64,000 bases of DNA, taken from positions 27,654,001 through 27,718,000 of the forward strand of contig NC_058383.1 in assembly GCF_018350175.1 (NCBI RefSeq). Direction: 5' to 3'. Source of the stretch: Felis catus. Taxonomy: Eukaryota. Each line of letters opens with the position of its first letter. Position 1 is the first letter of the stretch. A program made the position numbers and the translations under genes. A model generated the notes under the pieces. The model made no database searches. It was given only the letters and a program-made list of their open reading frames with translations, and had not been told where the DNA came from. Shown here in pieces: positions 62,881-64,000 of this stretch.

Positions 62881-63891
62881 GTACGCTTAAAAAGAGGAGT
62901 GTGCCTCGATCTGGTGGCAAAGACCTCAGATCCAACACAGACATTAAAGAAAACGCTAACTGTGCCCTTTCAAGAAGCCACTCAAGGTTCCTTCTCTACA
63001 GAGTGTCAGGATCCACCTTCTATTTCCTGAAGCACAATCCATGCAACCCCTGCTCTTTGTGGGTGGATCCATCCATCCACGCCTCCTCCCTTCAGTCCTT
63101 GCCCTCCTTCAATTCTTAGGTAAGTCCTAAGGGAGGTAGGGAGTTTCCTCTGTGTCAAGGTGTTAGCTCTCACTCATTGTCTACTTAGTATATACCAGGC
63201 ATGGCACAACATACTTGATGCAAAACCCCCATCTGATTGTCACAAAAACTCTAGGAGGCCACGTCTGCTGTTTATAAGATGGGAAAAAATGAGTTTCAGG
63301 AAGATGATAAAACTCGGGTAAGATCAGACAGCTACTAACTGGGAGAAAATAAATCTAACTGTAATATGATTTCTGAGATACAACTGCATTATCTCCTTTC
63401 TCCACCATACTGAACCAATTCACGGCAAGGCTTCTGCTTAGATCTCCTTAGATCTGATGGTTTCCCAATCTAGCTTCCATTCCCACACTTCTTGTCTCAT
63501 GACTGTAAATATGTTTTAAGCTCAGACCATTGGCTGAGAGCCCAATGCCTGGTAGCATATCAAGCTGGCCTTATGGATATTATTACTATGTTTCCCACTT
63601 GAAGACTGCAGCCTGCTTGGTCCCAGGGATCCTACTCACTGCTTGTGTTTTTCATCCCTCTGCCTCCTTATTAGGAAAATCCACTTTGATAGAACTTTAC
63701 TTTGCTTGCTACCTTCCCTGCCAGTAAGAAGTTTCCTCCCACAAGGTAGGTAAGCCCAAAATTCAGAAAAAGAAATACGAACGCCCCATAGCAATATGCA
63801 AAGATGCTCAATGTCACTGAGAATAAGAGAGATGCAAATTAAGACTACATTGAAATAACCATATAGGTTGGCTAATATAAAAAAAAAAATA

Positions 63892-64000
63892 GGGGCGCCT
63901 GGGTGGCTCAGTCAGTTGAGCGTCCAGCTTTGGCTCAGGTCATGATATCACGCTTTGTGAATTTGAGCCCCACATCGGGCTCTGTGCTGACAGCTCAGAG
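63892..64000 (+). mobile_element. Can-SINE (runs off the window end), preceded by an L1 fragment (~63790-63880)
   Basis: ggggcgcctgggtggctcagtcagttgagcgtcc... Confidence 0.93.

Overview
Non-coding mammalian DNA, very probably from a felid. The window carries about 16 feline-type Can-SINEs and several carnivore L1 3' ends. It reads as a repeat-rich intron or intergenic segment. I recognise no host protein-coding exon, RNA gene or CpG-island promoter, and I cannot name the host locus. The only protein-like ORFs are transposon debris (L1 ORF2). Other content: many MIR and L2 fossils, MaLR/ERVL solo LTRs, hAT elements (MER5, MER20, MER58), microsatellites and a ~760-bp purine tract. The most unusual object is at 44.5-45.7 kb: a frameshifted Ty3/Gypsy-type reverse-transcriptase relic (not L1-like, not ERV-like) lying between two diverged ~165-bp direct repeats. 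Also notable are a three-layer L1<SINE<L1 nest, a tandem SINE pair with a triplicated target site, a close inverted SINE pair, and a candidate enhancer with RFX, PBX-HOX and POU motifs. Repeat family names come from recalled consensus sequences matched by eye. Boundaries of old repeats are approximate.
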